A stretch of DNA of 64,000 nucleotides from a virus, in the IMG/VR virus record IMGVR_UViG_3300005805_000051, positions 32,001 to 96,000 of that record; one strand, 5' to 3'. Shown piece by piece: positions 47,131 through 56,356 of this stretch. Every line of letters begins with the position of its first letter. Position 1 is the stretch's first letter. The notes under the pieces were generated by a model that searched no databases, was not told where the DNA came from, and was given only the letters and a program-made list of their open reading frames with translations. The translations under genes were made by a program, and so were the position numbers.

Positions 47131-48720
47131 CTATCGCGATGACGCAGCTTGCTGCTTGCGCTGCTTATCTTGAAAATCCCGCTGTTGCGCGGCCAGCTTC
47201 TGCTGCTGGTGGCGCGCTGCCATCTGTTCTTTCTCTTGTTTCTGTTGTTGCGCGAGACGCTGTGTGGCGCTCATCGCTGACGGCGAGGTCGGACCTTGCA
47301 CCGCTTCTTTCTTTAGTTGTTCGATAATACGGCGCGCGTTAGGCTTGGTGGCTTCGTCCATCGGCAACCCCGTTGGCGATACTGCCGCGTTCACGAATCG
47401 CACCAGTTGCGGGGGAATCAGCTCTTCGTTCCAGTTGATGCCCATCTTGCTGACGAGTTGCAGCATACGACCGAGATTCCGCAGACGTACAATATTCGGT
47501 ACCTTGTTCTTCTGGAAATACACCGCGAGAGCTTGATTCACAATCGCTTCGGGAGTCGCACCAGTGGGACGATCCACAAACGCACTCGCGAATGCAAGCG
47601 CGGCGGTCTTTTTCAACGGCAGTGTCAGCCCGCTGATCGGCTTCTCACCCTTGACTAACACTTCCGCTTCTGCGAGCGGTTCGACCGCAAACTCGGGGTT
47701 CTGATCATCGCTATATTTGAAGTAGTCGTGTAATGCGGTAATCGCGGTGTCGGCATCGGTTACCTTTGCTTGCACCCACGCTTCCACATTTGACGGAGGT
47801 TTTGCCGATACACGATCATGTAATGCAGTCGCTCGGTCGATGATGGACATCAACTGTCCTTTCATCATTCCGAGGTCGTCATTCTCTTCAACCGCTTCAT
47901 TCTGTGCAGAATAGCCCTTATCGACGGCGTTGAAAAAGTCGGCTTTCTTATCGTCAGGGATGTCGGCGGGTGAATCATAGCCGTGCTTCTTCAACATATC
48001 GCGGAAATAAGTTTCGTAATCGGTATTGTATTCCGCTTCCTGTAGCGACACATTCTTGATGGGCGCTTTAATAATACGTTCGCCCCATTTCGTCATAGGG
48101 TCATCTTTGAATTGCACCGATTTATCTTTACTGACATTGACGTAGACATAATTGCCGTCGATCTTGTCAACCCGACCTGAGAATCCTGCGCCGCCTTTGA
48201 CGGCGAGTCCCGCATGAACGTAATCGCCAACTTTGATTGGACGGATAGAGGCGGCTTCCTTGATCATCTCACCCGGCTTGAACACCTTGACAATCTTTCC
48301 ACCCTTGTTTTCGACGGAGATGGTCGCTTTCGGGAACTTCTGACGGAACATCTTGGCGGCATGCACAATATCCGACTTTTCTAAACTGTGCATCTGGTCA
48401 AGCACCTTCGCGGTCGGCTTGTAGTTATAGTCTGAACGCTTCCATGAGGGGGTCGGGTCGCCAATCGCCATGACGGTGAAGGTTTCAGGAGCTTCGGACA
48501 GCGAATCCTCACCCATCGCCATCTTAGTCGCGGTGGCATACATTACTTCTTTGCCACGACCGGGGTATCGCTTCTCGAAGTCGTCAGCGGACTTCTTCAT
48601 CCCCTTGACGAGACGTTCACGCTCTTTCTTCTCCGCGTCGGTCATTTCTTCTTCGCGAATCTGACCGCGTGTCTGATCGTCAACAATATGTTCCCACATC
48701 GGGGTTTGACCTTTGGACAT
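47131..48720 (-). CDS. Modular charged protein; candidate internal head polyprotein
   Basis: Modules VKGMKK..VMYATATKMA, YETYF..KADFFNAVDK and EAWVQAKVT, separated by (L/I/V)xE sites; late promoter. Confidence 0.65.
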   Translation of the reverse strand: MSKGQTPMWEHIVDDQTRGQIREEEMTDAEKKERERLVKGMKKSADDFEKRYPGRGKEVMYATATKMAMGEDSLSEAPETFTVMAIGDPTPSWKRSDYNYKPTAKVLDQMHSLEKSDIVHAAKMFRQKFPKATISVENKGGKIVKVFKPGEMIKEAASIRPIKVGDYVHAGLAVKGGAGFSGRVDKIDGNYVYVNVSKDKSVQFKDDPMTKWGERIIKAPIKNVSLQEAEYNTDYETYFRDMLKKHGYDSPADIPDDKKADFFNAVDKGYSAQNEAVEENDDLGMMKGQLMSIIDRATALHDRVSAKPPSNVEAWVQAKVTDADTAITALHDYFKYSDDQNPEFAVEPLAEAEVLVKGEKPISGLTLPLKKTAALAFASAFVDRPTGATPEAIVNQALAVYFQKNKVPNIVRLRNLGRMLQLVSKMGINWNEELIPPQLVRFVNAAVSPTGLPMDEATKPNARRIIEQLKKEAVQGPTSPSAMSATQRLAQQQKQEKEQMAARHQQQKLAAQQRDFQDKQRKQQAASSR

Positions 48721-48798
48721 AGACTGCTCCTGTTATGCGGGTCGACCCCGCGATGCTGTTGGTATTTAGGAAAACACAGAAGCGCGGAAAGACGGAGA

Positions 48799-49038
48799 CT
48801 AGTCCTCCCATTTCTGGAGCGGGCACCCCTCTTTCCCTTTGGGGCTGTACACCTTTGCGGTAATCGGACACAGACAGACTTTGCACATGTGCATGGAGCG
48901 CGTAGAACTCAGATGCATATATTCCATCTGGTTGCACTGCGAACACACTTTTGCTCGGCTCTCAGCGCGGCCCCGTTGTTCGTCGGTGGGAAGAAACATG
49001 ATGGCCCATGCATGGAGGATTTCAAACAGGTCTGGCAT
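48799..49038 (-). CDS. Small Cys-rich protein
   Basis: R..VCSQC..CKVCLCPITAKVYSP..CPLQKW. Confidence 0.75.
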   Translation of the reverse strand: MPDLFEILHAWAIMFLPTDEQRGRAESRAKVCSQCNQMEYMHLSSTRSMHMCKVCLCPITAKVYSPKGKEGCPLQKWED

Positions 49039-49040
49039 CG

Positions 49041-49280
49041 CTAACGCACCCATTTTCCATGCGGACACGCTTCCGGTCCAGCTTTAGGGCTGTATACTTT
49101 TTTGTGTAGCGGGCACCCACATGCCGCACAGCTATACTCTTCAAAGCTGCTACGCCAGTGTTTGAACTCGCAGGTATCACATACCGCTAATCGTTCCAAC
49201 GCCAGTTCTTGTTGGGCCGGGGTGGGACGAAACGCACGATACCATGCGGTTGCGATATCTCGCAACTCGGGTAGTCGCAT
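49041..49280 (-). CDS. Small Cys-rich protein, paralogue of the neighbour
   Basis: RLAVCDTC..CAACGCPLHKKVYSP..CPHGKW. Confidence 0.75.
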   Translation of the reverse strand: MRLPELRDIATAWYRAFRPTPAQQELALERLAVCDTCEFKHWRSSFEEYSCAACGCPLHKKVYSPKAGPEACPHGKWVR

Positions 49281-49281
49281 A

Positions 49282-49911
49282 TTACTTTCTCTGATACGAC
49301 CACTTTCGCTCGGTCGTACGAAGCGCGCTCCAGCCAAGTGACTTCAGATACGCATGGGTTTCGCTGTGCTTATACAGACCCACATCGTCAAACACCCAGA
49401 CGGCCCCCTGCGGAGAGCGGGGATGGAAGAAATCGATTTCCGTTTTTAGATGACGCACGGTGTGCGGCCCGTCAAAATGCACGAAGCTATACTGGTTGAC
49501 CAGTTGCTTATGTTCATTATAGACCGGCACGCCATCCGCGTACCGGGTAAAGAACTCCGTATCTTCTAAGTTGAAGAACAGGAAGGAGATTTCCCGACGC
49601 TGGCAGAGCAGATACATGTTTGCTAGACAGTCATCGCGCATGCTGTTCGTGTAATCGCAGCGGATGACCTGCTCATCGTCCCCTTCGGGATATTCAATAT
49701 TCCCATAGGGGTCAATCGCGATATGCGTCTTCTTCTGTTCTGTCTTGAACAGCGTGTCGATGATGTGAAACGACCCACCCCCACGACGCAAGCCGATTTC
49801 GCAGGTGAAACCGTCCACATCCTTGATGCGTTCGATTCCTTCAACAATCACATCGTAGTTCAAGCTATCAGTTTCAAACTCAGGTTCAATCGTAAAGTTC
49901 GTGACGCGCAT
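49282..49911 (-). CDS. Class I SAM-dependent methyltransferase (TylF/Methyltransf_24-like)
   Basis: CEIGLRRGGGS, AIDPYG, FVHFDGPH, VFDD. Confidence 0.8.
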   Translation of the reverse strand: MRVTNFTIEPEFETDSLNYDVIVEGIERIKDVDGFTCEIGLRRGGGSFHIIDTLFKTEQKKTHIAIDPYGNIEYPEGDDEQVIRCDYTNSMRDDCLANMYLLCQRREISFLFFNLEDTEFFTRYADGVPVYNEHKQLVNQYSFVHFDGPHTVRHLKTEIDFFHPRSPQGAVWVFDDVGLYKHSETHAYLKSLGWSALRTTERKWSYQRK

Positions 49912-49922
49912 ACCAATCCTCG

Positions 49923-50525
49923 TTACTGTGAAAGTTGAGATAACCGCTGACGGAGAGCTTTTGCCATGATGTGCATCAAGCAACTATGCACATCTTCGAC
50001 CGTTTCATATGCAGATAATGGCACATGTAGATTTACATCCGCAAGGTCGCGTAACGGACCCCCAGTGAATCCGGTCAACGTAATCAACTGGAGATTCGGT
50101 CGTGCGGAACGCACGAACCGAGCGGTATGCACGACATTCAGTGAGGTACCGCTGGAACTAATCAGCACGACGACGCCGGGGTCATCTTGACGAGTGTGTC
50201 GACGCAATTGTAGCGTAAACACTTCTTCGTAGCTGATGTCGTTACTAATCGCCGTCATCAGCGGAATATTCGTCGCGAGGCTGATCACATGATTACTGAA
50301 GCGACCATAGGAACTTCCCTTGAGATGGTCGCACGCCCAATGCTGTGAAATTGCCGCAGACGCACCGTTTCCTCCAACAAAAACGGGATAGTGTGCCGTA
50401 GCTGCTTCTACTAGTATATCTAACGCATACGCGAGCTGCGTGGAATCGATGCTCGTCAGACCCCGATGCACATCGGCCGCGTGGTCAGTATGTAACTTCG
50501 TTAAATTGATTTCGTCGGTCATCAT
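49923..50525 (-). CDS. gmhA: Phosphoheptose isomerase (SIS domain)
   Basis: GNGASAAISQHWACD, TAISND, ISSSGTSLNV, LTGFTGG, EDVH. Confidence 0.9.
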   Translation of the reverse strand: MMTDEINLTKLHTDHAADVHRGLTSIDSTQLAYALDILVEAATAHYPVFVGGNGASAAISQHWACDHLKGSSYGRFSNHVISLATNIPLMTAISNDISYEEVFTLQLRRHTRQDDPGVVVLISSSGTSLNVVHTARFVRSARPNLQLITLTGFTGGPLRDLADVNLHVPLSAYETVEDVHSCLMHIMAKALRQRLSQLSQ

Positions 50526-51528
50526 AAACGATACGCACTCCAGTATAATCGAAACTCACAGGATAGCAAGTATAATCACGATAGAGTTCTCGTTGTGCCC
50601 GCAACGCGAGATGTGGGTCTGGCGCACAGAAGAGCAGATAGCCGCCGTTTCCAGCACCGAGCAGCTTACCCCCAAGCAATCCAAATTCTAATCCCTGTTG
50701 ATACACGGTATCAATGTGCGAGGTGGAAATCGCAGGATGCAGAGTGCGCTTGATTTGCCATGCATCGTTGAGTAACCGACCGAACGAATAAATGTCGCGC
50801 AAGCTGACATATTGCGTCGCCTGTCGGGCCAGATCGGCGAGGTGATTGATTTCCGATACCGGCATCGGCGTCTTCAGAATCTCATTTGCAGACACCGTGC
50901 GTTCCGGCATTTGTACCAAGAATAAACACCCCGCGAGTTCGTCCCATCGCGCACCATGTAGGGTGGGTTGCGACATGTCGTCAAGAGTTTTGATCTGTAC
51001 GCCGTGTCGAGGAGTGCCCGCATGAACGCCATATTGTGCGAACAGAAATCCTCCGTGCGCCGCCGCAATATGGTCTTGAATTCCGATCGGTGACTTCACG
51101 CGGGTGAGTTCAATGTGTTGAGCATGCAGTCGTGTGAGTGTTGGGTCGAAGTTTCCCGCATCGATATGCGGCATCTTATATGCCATTAGTGCATGAGATA
51201 AGCATACGGTAAATGCACTACTCGCTCCGAGTCCTGTCCCAACGGTCGGAATATCTGCAAACGAAGTAATCTCAATGTGGGAAGTTGCATCGAAATACCG
51301 CAAACTTTCCGCCACGATATCGTGTTGCAGTTCTGCGGGTGATGTTGCATACTCGGTCTTGGAATACGACAACTTGATATGTGGCAGTGGCGTGGGCATC
51401 ACGGCGACATACACATACTTGTTGAAGGTAACGGACAGCGTAGCCCCACCATGTGTTTCATAGTGAGCCGGGATATCCGACCCTCCTCCGAAAAAGCTCA
51501 GTCGTAACGGAGCTTTGACTAGAATCAT
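50485..51528 (-). CDS. hddA: GHMP kinase, heptose-7-phosphate kinase type
   Basis: APLRLSFFGGGSD, DIP.GTGLGASS, GIQD, GGKLLGAGNGGY. Confidence 0.9.
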   Translation of the reverse strand: MILVKAPLRLSFFGGGSDIPAHYETHGGATLSVTFNKYVYVAVMPTPLPHIKLSYSKTEYATSPAELQHDIVAESLRYFDATSHIEITSFADIPTVGTGLGASSAFTVCLSHALMAYKMPHIDAGNFDPTLTRLHAQHIELTRVKSPIGIQDHIAAAHGGFLFAQYGVHAGTPRHGVQIKTLDDMSQPTLHGARWDELAGCLFLVQMPERTVSANEILKTPMPVSEINHLADLARQATQYVSLRDIYSFGRLLNDAWQIKRTLHPAISTSHIDTVYQQGLEFGLLGGKLLGAGNGGYLLFCAPDPHLALRAQRELYRDYTCYPVSFDYTGVRIVYDDRRNQFNEVTY

Positions 51529-52502
51529 TCCGCAACCTCTTCCTTCAGCTCGGCAATCAGTTGCTTCCACTTATGAATAATAGTTGGCCATCCAAAGCGC
51601 CCAACGGCATATGCACGAGTCATCGCTCGCTGCTGCGTGGAATCCGCATAGAAGGTCGTATCACGCATTGCAAGGATGGTCTTTGCGAGATGTTCCGCAA
51701 AATATTGAGCATGCGCTTGCGTTTCAGCAGTCCCATCATACCAGTGAGTCAATCCACCCGAGGTATCAGGCAGTGCTGCTAGATTCGGATGCACACACAG
51801 ACAGCCGGCCATCATTGCTTCAATCAGACACCGACAGGAGGTTTCTTGCCAGATGGACGGATAGGCAAAGATGTGCGCTTGCTGATACGCCGCACGAACT
51901 TCTTCCTGTGAGACAGCAGCATGATAGCGAATCTTCGGGTGATTCTTGCACTCGTCAAAGAGTGCTTGATACGGCTGATCGCGCTCTTCCCATCCATACA
52001 ACTTGAAGGACGAGAACACATCCAGTTCAATATAATCGAAGATGGAGGCTAAGTGCTTGAATACCGGTACAAGGATTTCTAATCCTCGATGGGGCGTCGA
52101 CGTGTAGATGAGACGAATCGGATTTGTACGCGGGTCGGGTTTTTCAACAAACGGAATCGGGTCAACGCCGGTTTCAATGACGCGGTGCTTGCGTGAGTAT
52201 GGCAGATTCAGATGCGTTTGAAACTGCTGATACTGCCAATGGGAAGAAAAGACAATCCGATCGAAGCGATCACGACTACTGGCTGCTTGCAAGTGCGACG
52301 CTTCAGGATCATGCGGCAAATCATGCAGATGATAAATGCGAAGCTTGTCGGGATCGAGTTCGCGCACTCGCGAGGTGATGATTTGCACCCCATCAAGTTC
52401 TTCGGGTTCCAGCAAATCAAACAGTCGCCGGGTGGTGATTTCTGTGCCACCGTTCGCGTTCTTGTTCAGTTCATTTACGCCAATCAAATCTTGGTTTCGC
52501 AT
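51525..52502 (-). CDS. GT-B glycosyltransferase (GT4-like)
   Basis: GGTE, IYTSTPHRGL, IFAYPSIWQETSC..EAMMAG..ALPDT. Confidence 0.9.
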   Translation of the reverse strand: MRNQDLIGVNELNKNANGGTEITTRRLFDLLEPEELDGVQIITSRVRELDPDKLRIYHLHDLPHDPEASHLQAASSRDRFDRIVFSSHWQYQQFQTHLNLPYSRKHRVIETGVDPIPFVEKPDPRTNPIRLIYTSTPHRGLEILVPVFKHLASIFDYIELDVFSSFKLYGWEERDQPYQALFDECKNHPKIRYHAAVSQEEVRAAYQQAHIFAYPSIWQETSCRCLIEAMMAGCLCVHPNLAALPDTSGGLTHWYDGTAETQAHAQYFAEHLAKTILAMRDTTFYADSTQQRAMTRAYAVGRFGWPTIIHKWKQLIAELKEEVAE

Positions 52503-52505
52503 ACT

Positions 52506-53063
52506 CTATTCCTCACGAAGGCGTGTCGTATAGCCGAGTCGTTGAAGACCGGGACTCATAATCAATTGACACGCATCATACACATCGGTTGCACTGAACG
52601 AGGGATAGATATTCGACCCCCCATCATCATATTTAGCCCCCACAAAAATCGTGGTTAACCCCGCCCGATGACCGCAGACGATATCTTTCCAGCGATCACC
52701 AATCATAAAACTCTGTCGAGGGTCGATGTGATATTTGTCTATCAACTTCAACACCGATCCGGCGTTTGGTTTATAATCGGGGCTTTGCCTATCGCTGCAA
52801 TACACAATCTCATCGAATCCAAACTCGCGATACAGGTGTGCGTGGAACTGCTCCAACACCTCAACTGCCAACACACCATCACGAATGCCGGGTTGATTTG
52901 TGACCACGAAATGCTTGTAATAGGGTCGGGTCAGCGCAAGGGCATCATGAATACGCGGATAGAGTTCGAACTCTTCGGGTATCCATGCAGAGGTCTGCTC
53001 GGTGCCACGGTCAATGAGTTTGGTCAGCACCCCATCACGATCGAAAAAAATCGCGTTGGTCAT
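52506..53063 (-). CDS. gmhB: Heptose 1,7-bisphosphate phosphatase (HAD IIIA)
   Basis: FFDRDGVL, VVTNQPG, KPNAG, SFMIGDRWKDI. Confidence 0.9.
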   Translation of the reverse strand: MTNAIFFDRDGVLTKLIDRGTEQTSAWIPEEFELYPRIHDALALTRPYYKHFVVTNQPGIRDGVLAVEVLEQFHAHLYREFGFDEIVYCSDRQSPDYKPNAGSVLKLIDKYHIDPRQSFMIGDRWKDIVCGHRAGLTTIFVGAKYDDGGSNIYPSFSATDVYDACQLIMSPGLQRLGYTTRLREE

Positions 53064-53066
53064 GAC

Positions 53067-53492
53067 TTAGTACTGCTTCCATTGTCGCGCCCAGACGCGT
53101 TGACGTAACTCGCTAGAGCTAAAGGTATGCAGTCGCGGAATAAACTCGATCGCAATCCCACGACGCTCACAGACCGCTTTTCCCGTATAGTCCCGTTGTG
53201 ATGTATAATCTGACCCCAAGAACCGTACATCGAGAAGTTCAATCGCTAGCAAGTTTTCTAAATCCGCTTCCGTCTCATATGGAATGATACGCGTGACGCA
53301 GGAGAGGGCGGACAGTTGGAGCCAGCGTTCGTAGAGCGTTTGCACGGGGGCATTTTTTGTCACACGGTCAACTTGGGGATTTGCATGCAAGCCGACCACT
53401 AATGAGTCACACCGATTGCTACAGGCGGCGAGAAAATGCACATGACCGGGATGTAGTAAATCAAATGCCCCGCAGGTAAATCCAATACGCAT
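53067..53492 (-). CDS. HxGH nucleotidyltransferase (TagD/RfaE domain II-like)
   Basis: GFTCGAFDLLHPGH, LVVGL, ER, GSDY, R.H.FSSSELR. Confidence 0.9.
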   Translation of the reverse strand: MRIGFTCGAFDLLHPGHVHFLAACSNRCDSLVVGLHANPQVDRVTKNAPVQTLYERWLQLSALSCVTRIIPYETEADLENLLAIELLDVRFLGSDYTSQRDYTGKAVCERRGIAIEFIPRLHTFSSSELRQRVWARQWKQY

Positions 53493-53500
53493 ATATCCTC

Positions 53501-54055
53501 TTATCGAAACGGTGGCCCGTCCGCCCAGACCACAAGTGCCCGTCGAGTACCACGCGTCACCGGAGTCACCCCGTGCAATACGAATGACGGAAAGATAATC
53601 GCATCGCTTTTTTTGCGCGATGCGATGTGCGGAAAATCTGAAGTGAGCTTGAGCTGTACATCCCCGCCCTCGTATGTATCGCCATCGCTGAGTTGGATGG
53701 TCATACTGAGCTTCCGCGGCTGGACGGTATTCGGGGCCCAATCCAGATGATCACGAAACTGCCCATTATACTCAGGGCTATATTCCGTGTATTGGATTTG
53801 GGTCAATGATGACAACTCATAATCAAAGTGTTCGCGATTGACTTGAAACAAATATCGCGCCATCTTTTCATAGAGCCAACGCGTATCATCGGTGACTGCA
53901 AACAAGTGAAGTCGACATCGGCGAAACTGATGATCGCGTGTTTCGAGCGGGTGTTTTGCGACATACGCAAGCAACCACTCGATTTCTCTATCGGTCAAGA
54001 CGCGTTCGGTGGATTGAAACGCTTCTCGTTGTACAGGAGGAACCAGCGCAAACAT
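53501..54055 (-). CDS. 2OG-Fe(II) oxygenase
   Basis: IQYTEY..HLD..RKLSMTIQLS..YEGG..FPSFVLHGVTPVTRGTRRALVVW. Confidence 0.9.
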   Translation of the reverse strand: MFALVPPVQREAFQSTERVLTDREIEWLLAYVAKHPLETRDHQFRRCRLHLFAVTDDTRWLYEKMARYLFQVNREHFDYELSSLTQIQYTEYSPEYNGQFRDHLDWAPNTVQPRKLSMTIQLSDGDTYEGGDVQLKLTSDFPHIASRKKSDAIIFPSFVLHGVTPVTRGTRRALVVWADGPPFR

Positions 54056-54062
54056 GATAATC

Positions 54063-54656
54063 TCATCGGAACTCTGGGCCAACGACCCAGACGACCAGCG
54101 AACGGCGCAGGCCTCGGGTTACGGGAGTCACTCCATGCAAGAGGAATGATGGAAATAACACACCGTCACCCTTTGTTCGTGATGCGAGATAGGGTTTTGC
54201 CGAGGACAACTTGATTTCGAGATCGCCGCCTTCATAGTCGGCGCCGTCAGTAAGTTGAATCGACATACTGAGCTTTCGCGGAGTAGCGGTATTACCAGCC
54301 CAGTCGAGATGGTCGTGATAAACGCCATTATCCGTATGATGATATTCGGTATACTGAATCTCCTGTAACGCATGGAGTTCGTATCCGAAGAATTTCTGAT
54401 TCATTTCAAACACGAATTGCGACAGTTTATTGTAGAGCCACTTCGTCTCGTCATTGATACGGAGGAAGTTGATTTTGCTGCGCCGCACCGAATCATCACT
54501 AATCCCGCCGGGTTTTGTGCCCCCGATCAAGCCTTCCTGTCGATCGAGAGTATCCACATACTTCACGACCCGAGTGACTTCGTTATTAGTTAGGACTTGC
54601 TGAAACTGACGAAATGGTTCCGTATTTTTCGGAGGCACAATATAAAACATACTCAC
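54063..54656 (-). CDS. 2OG-Fe(II) oxygenase, tandem paralogue
   Basis: IQYTEY..HLD..RKLSMSIQL..FPSFLLHGVTPVTRGLRRSLVVW. Confidence 0.92.
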   Translation of the reverse strand: MSMFYIVPPKNTEPFRQFQQVLTNNEVTRVVKYVDTLDRQEGLIGGTKPGGISDDSVRRSKINFLRINDETKWLYNKLSQFVFEMNQKFFGYELHALQEIQYTEYHHTDNGVYHDHLDWAGNTATPRKLSMSIQLTDGADYEGGDLEIKLSSAKPYLASRTKGDGVLFPSFLLHGVTPVTRGLRRSLVVWVVGPEFR

Positions 54657-54668
54657 ATATCCTTTACA

Positions 54669-55016
54669 TCAAGCAGGGGGTAACGAAAAGAACGATTCAT
54701 CTCCCTCGATAGGTACGGCGCGCCAACCAATTGCTGCGAGAGCTTCTGCAATTTCAGGATAGATAACGCCTGCGGGCCCGGAACAATAAAAGTCCAAATA
54801 ATCTTCGTTCTGGTCACGCAAGTCTGCCACAATTCCACCAGCAGTGCGCCATGTGCAACCAACGGGCGTCGGATCGTCCTGATAGTAGAGATCGGTATTG
54901 CACAGGGCTGAATACAGATGCTGGGCGAATATCTTATCCTGAAGCCGAGCGCGAATCTCAGGGTTGCCGCGTAATGCAGCGATAAACGACGCAAGGGAGA
55001 CGGTGGGAGGAGTCAT
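54669..55016 (-). CDS. Conserved hypothetical phage protein
   Basis: AQHLYSALCN..TWRTAGGIVADLR..DYLDFYCSG. Confidence 0.75.
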   Translation of the reverse strand: MTPPTVSLASFIAALRGNPEIRARLQDKIFAQHLYSALCNTDLYYQDDPTPVGCTWRTAGGIVADLRDQNEDYLDFYCSGPAGVIYPEIAEALAAIGWRAVPIEGDESFFSLPPA

Positions 55017-55031
55017 ACGTGTAGTATACCA

Positions 55032-55964
55032 TCAGAAGGTGACGCTGACTACAAATCCTGTCTGCGTCGGGTTTGTGCCGGTAGATAGACCAAGATACGG
55101 ACTGAGCCAGACATTCGTGAAGGGCTGATTGCGGAAGGTGCCGATATTGAGCGAGACGGGGAGGATACCGATTCCGCGTGTGCTGTTATTGATGGTAGCT
55201 GCGGGGGTCAGAAACGCCCAGCGGGTGTTTTCGACGGAGCGAGACTTGCCGTGTTTTAGCCACGGCAACGCAATCACCCCTGCGGTTGATGCGGTCGCTT
55301 TTGCGCCCGGCACGGTAGGAATCGTGACAATTGCCCCCCACCCGCCTTGCAGTGTCGGCTTCACATACCACCCTTCACCAGCGGGAGTGGTCACCACCGT
55401 CGTCGTATCGGTCACCGGGATCAGCGTACGTTCATTGTTCGGGCCGATTTCGTACAACCGAATCAGATTGGTCGCAACATTTTGTTTCGTGCGACCCACC
55501 GTGTTGACAATCGCAAACTGCTGTGAGAGGGTATACGATGCCCGGGTGCCGACGCTTTCAAAGGAAAGACGCCAATCTTTGAAGCTGACCGTGGGAGGAG
55601 CGTCCAGCGTCGTATCGACGGGAATGTTCCATGTAACGGTGCCGGTGCCACGACTATCGGACTGTGCGAGTGACCATGATAGTTGATCCACCTCGATTTT
55701 GAGCTTTCGATTTTCTTTTAGAAGTGCCGATACCTGTGCGCGATCTTCCGTCGGCACATAACGCGTTACCACCTTTTCGGTGATAATGGCCTCGGGGATG
55801 CGAATCGTTTTGACGCCGGGAACGGGATGACTGATGCTCGGTGGTGTCACGATTTCCGACTGAAACGCACCAAAAATCGCCGCGAGCGCAAACAAGAGAT
55901 TGAAGAGAATCAATCCAAGAACGACATACTGCCCGTATTTGCGAAACGCATTCACGTATTCCAT
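55032..55964 (-). CDS. Membrane-anchored protein with a beta-rich C-terminus ending in Phe
   Basis: N-terminal TM segment, short coiled coil; late promoter and GAGG SD. Confidence 0.6.
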   Translation of the reverse strand: MEYVNAFRKYGQYVVLGLILFNLLFALAAIFGAFQSEIVTPPSISHPVPGVKTIRIPEAIITEKVVTRYVPTEDRAQVSALLKENRKLKIEVDQLSWSLAQSDSRGTGTVTWNIPVDTTLDAPPTVSFKDWRLSFESVGTRASYTLSQQFAIVNTVGRTKQNVATNLIRLYEIGPNNERTLIPVTDTTTVVTTPAGEGWYVKPTLQGGWGAIVTIPTVPGAKATASTAGVIALPWLKHGKSRSVENTRWAFLTPAATINNSTRGIGILPVSLNIGTFRNQPFTNVWLSPYLGLSTGTNPTQTGFVVSVTF

Positions 55965-55981
55965 ATTCACCTCTACTATAT

Positions 55982-56350
55982 TTAGACGCGTTCCCACACA
56001 TGGGAGGAGCTTAACCGAAATGCACCGAGATACCCCGACCACCCCGAATGTTGTGGTGCAATCAACGATAAAAAGCGTTTATCGCGGTAGTCATACAGAT
56101 AATAAGTTTGCCCCACGACCGGAGTAAAATTAATCTCGCTGTTATACACTAATCGATTTGTCTCATAATCAGCCAGCAATTTTTCATAGACGACGCGTAG
56201 CTCGTCGTAGCGTTCGACAAAGTGATGCTCGACATCTGGCGATACACGGGTCTTCCACAATGTGATGTCGTCTCGATGGATCGGGGGCGCACTGGAGTCC
56301 AACGCATAATCTAACCCTGAAGCAAAAATTAACGCCGTGGTGTTACTCAT
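55982..56350 (-). CDS. DUF2452-like protein
   Basis: FTPVVGQTYYLY..FLSLIAP..W..YLGAFRL..W. Confidence 0.65.
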   Translation of the reverse strand: MSNTTALIFASGLDYALDSSAPPIHRDDITLWKTRVSPDVEHHFVERYDELRVVYEKLLADYETNRLVYNSEINFTPVVGQTYYLYDYRDKRFLSLIAPQHSGWSGYLGAFRLSSSHVWERV

Positions 56351-56356
56351 GATAAT

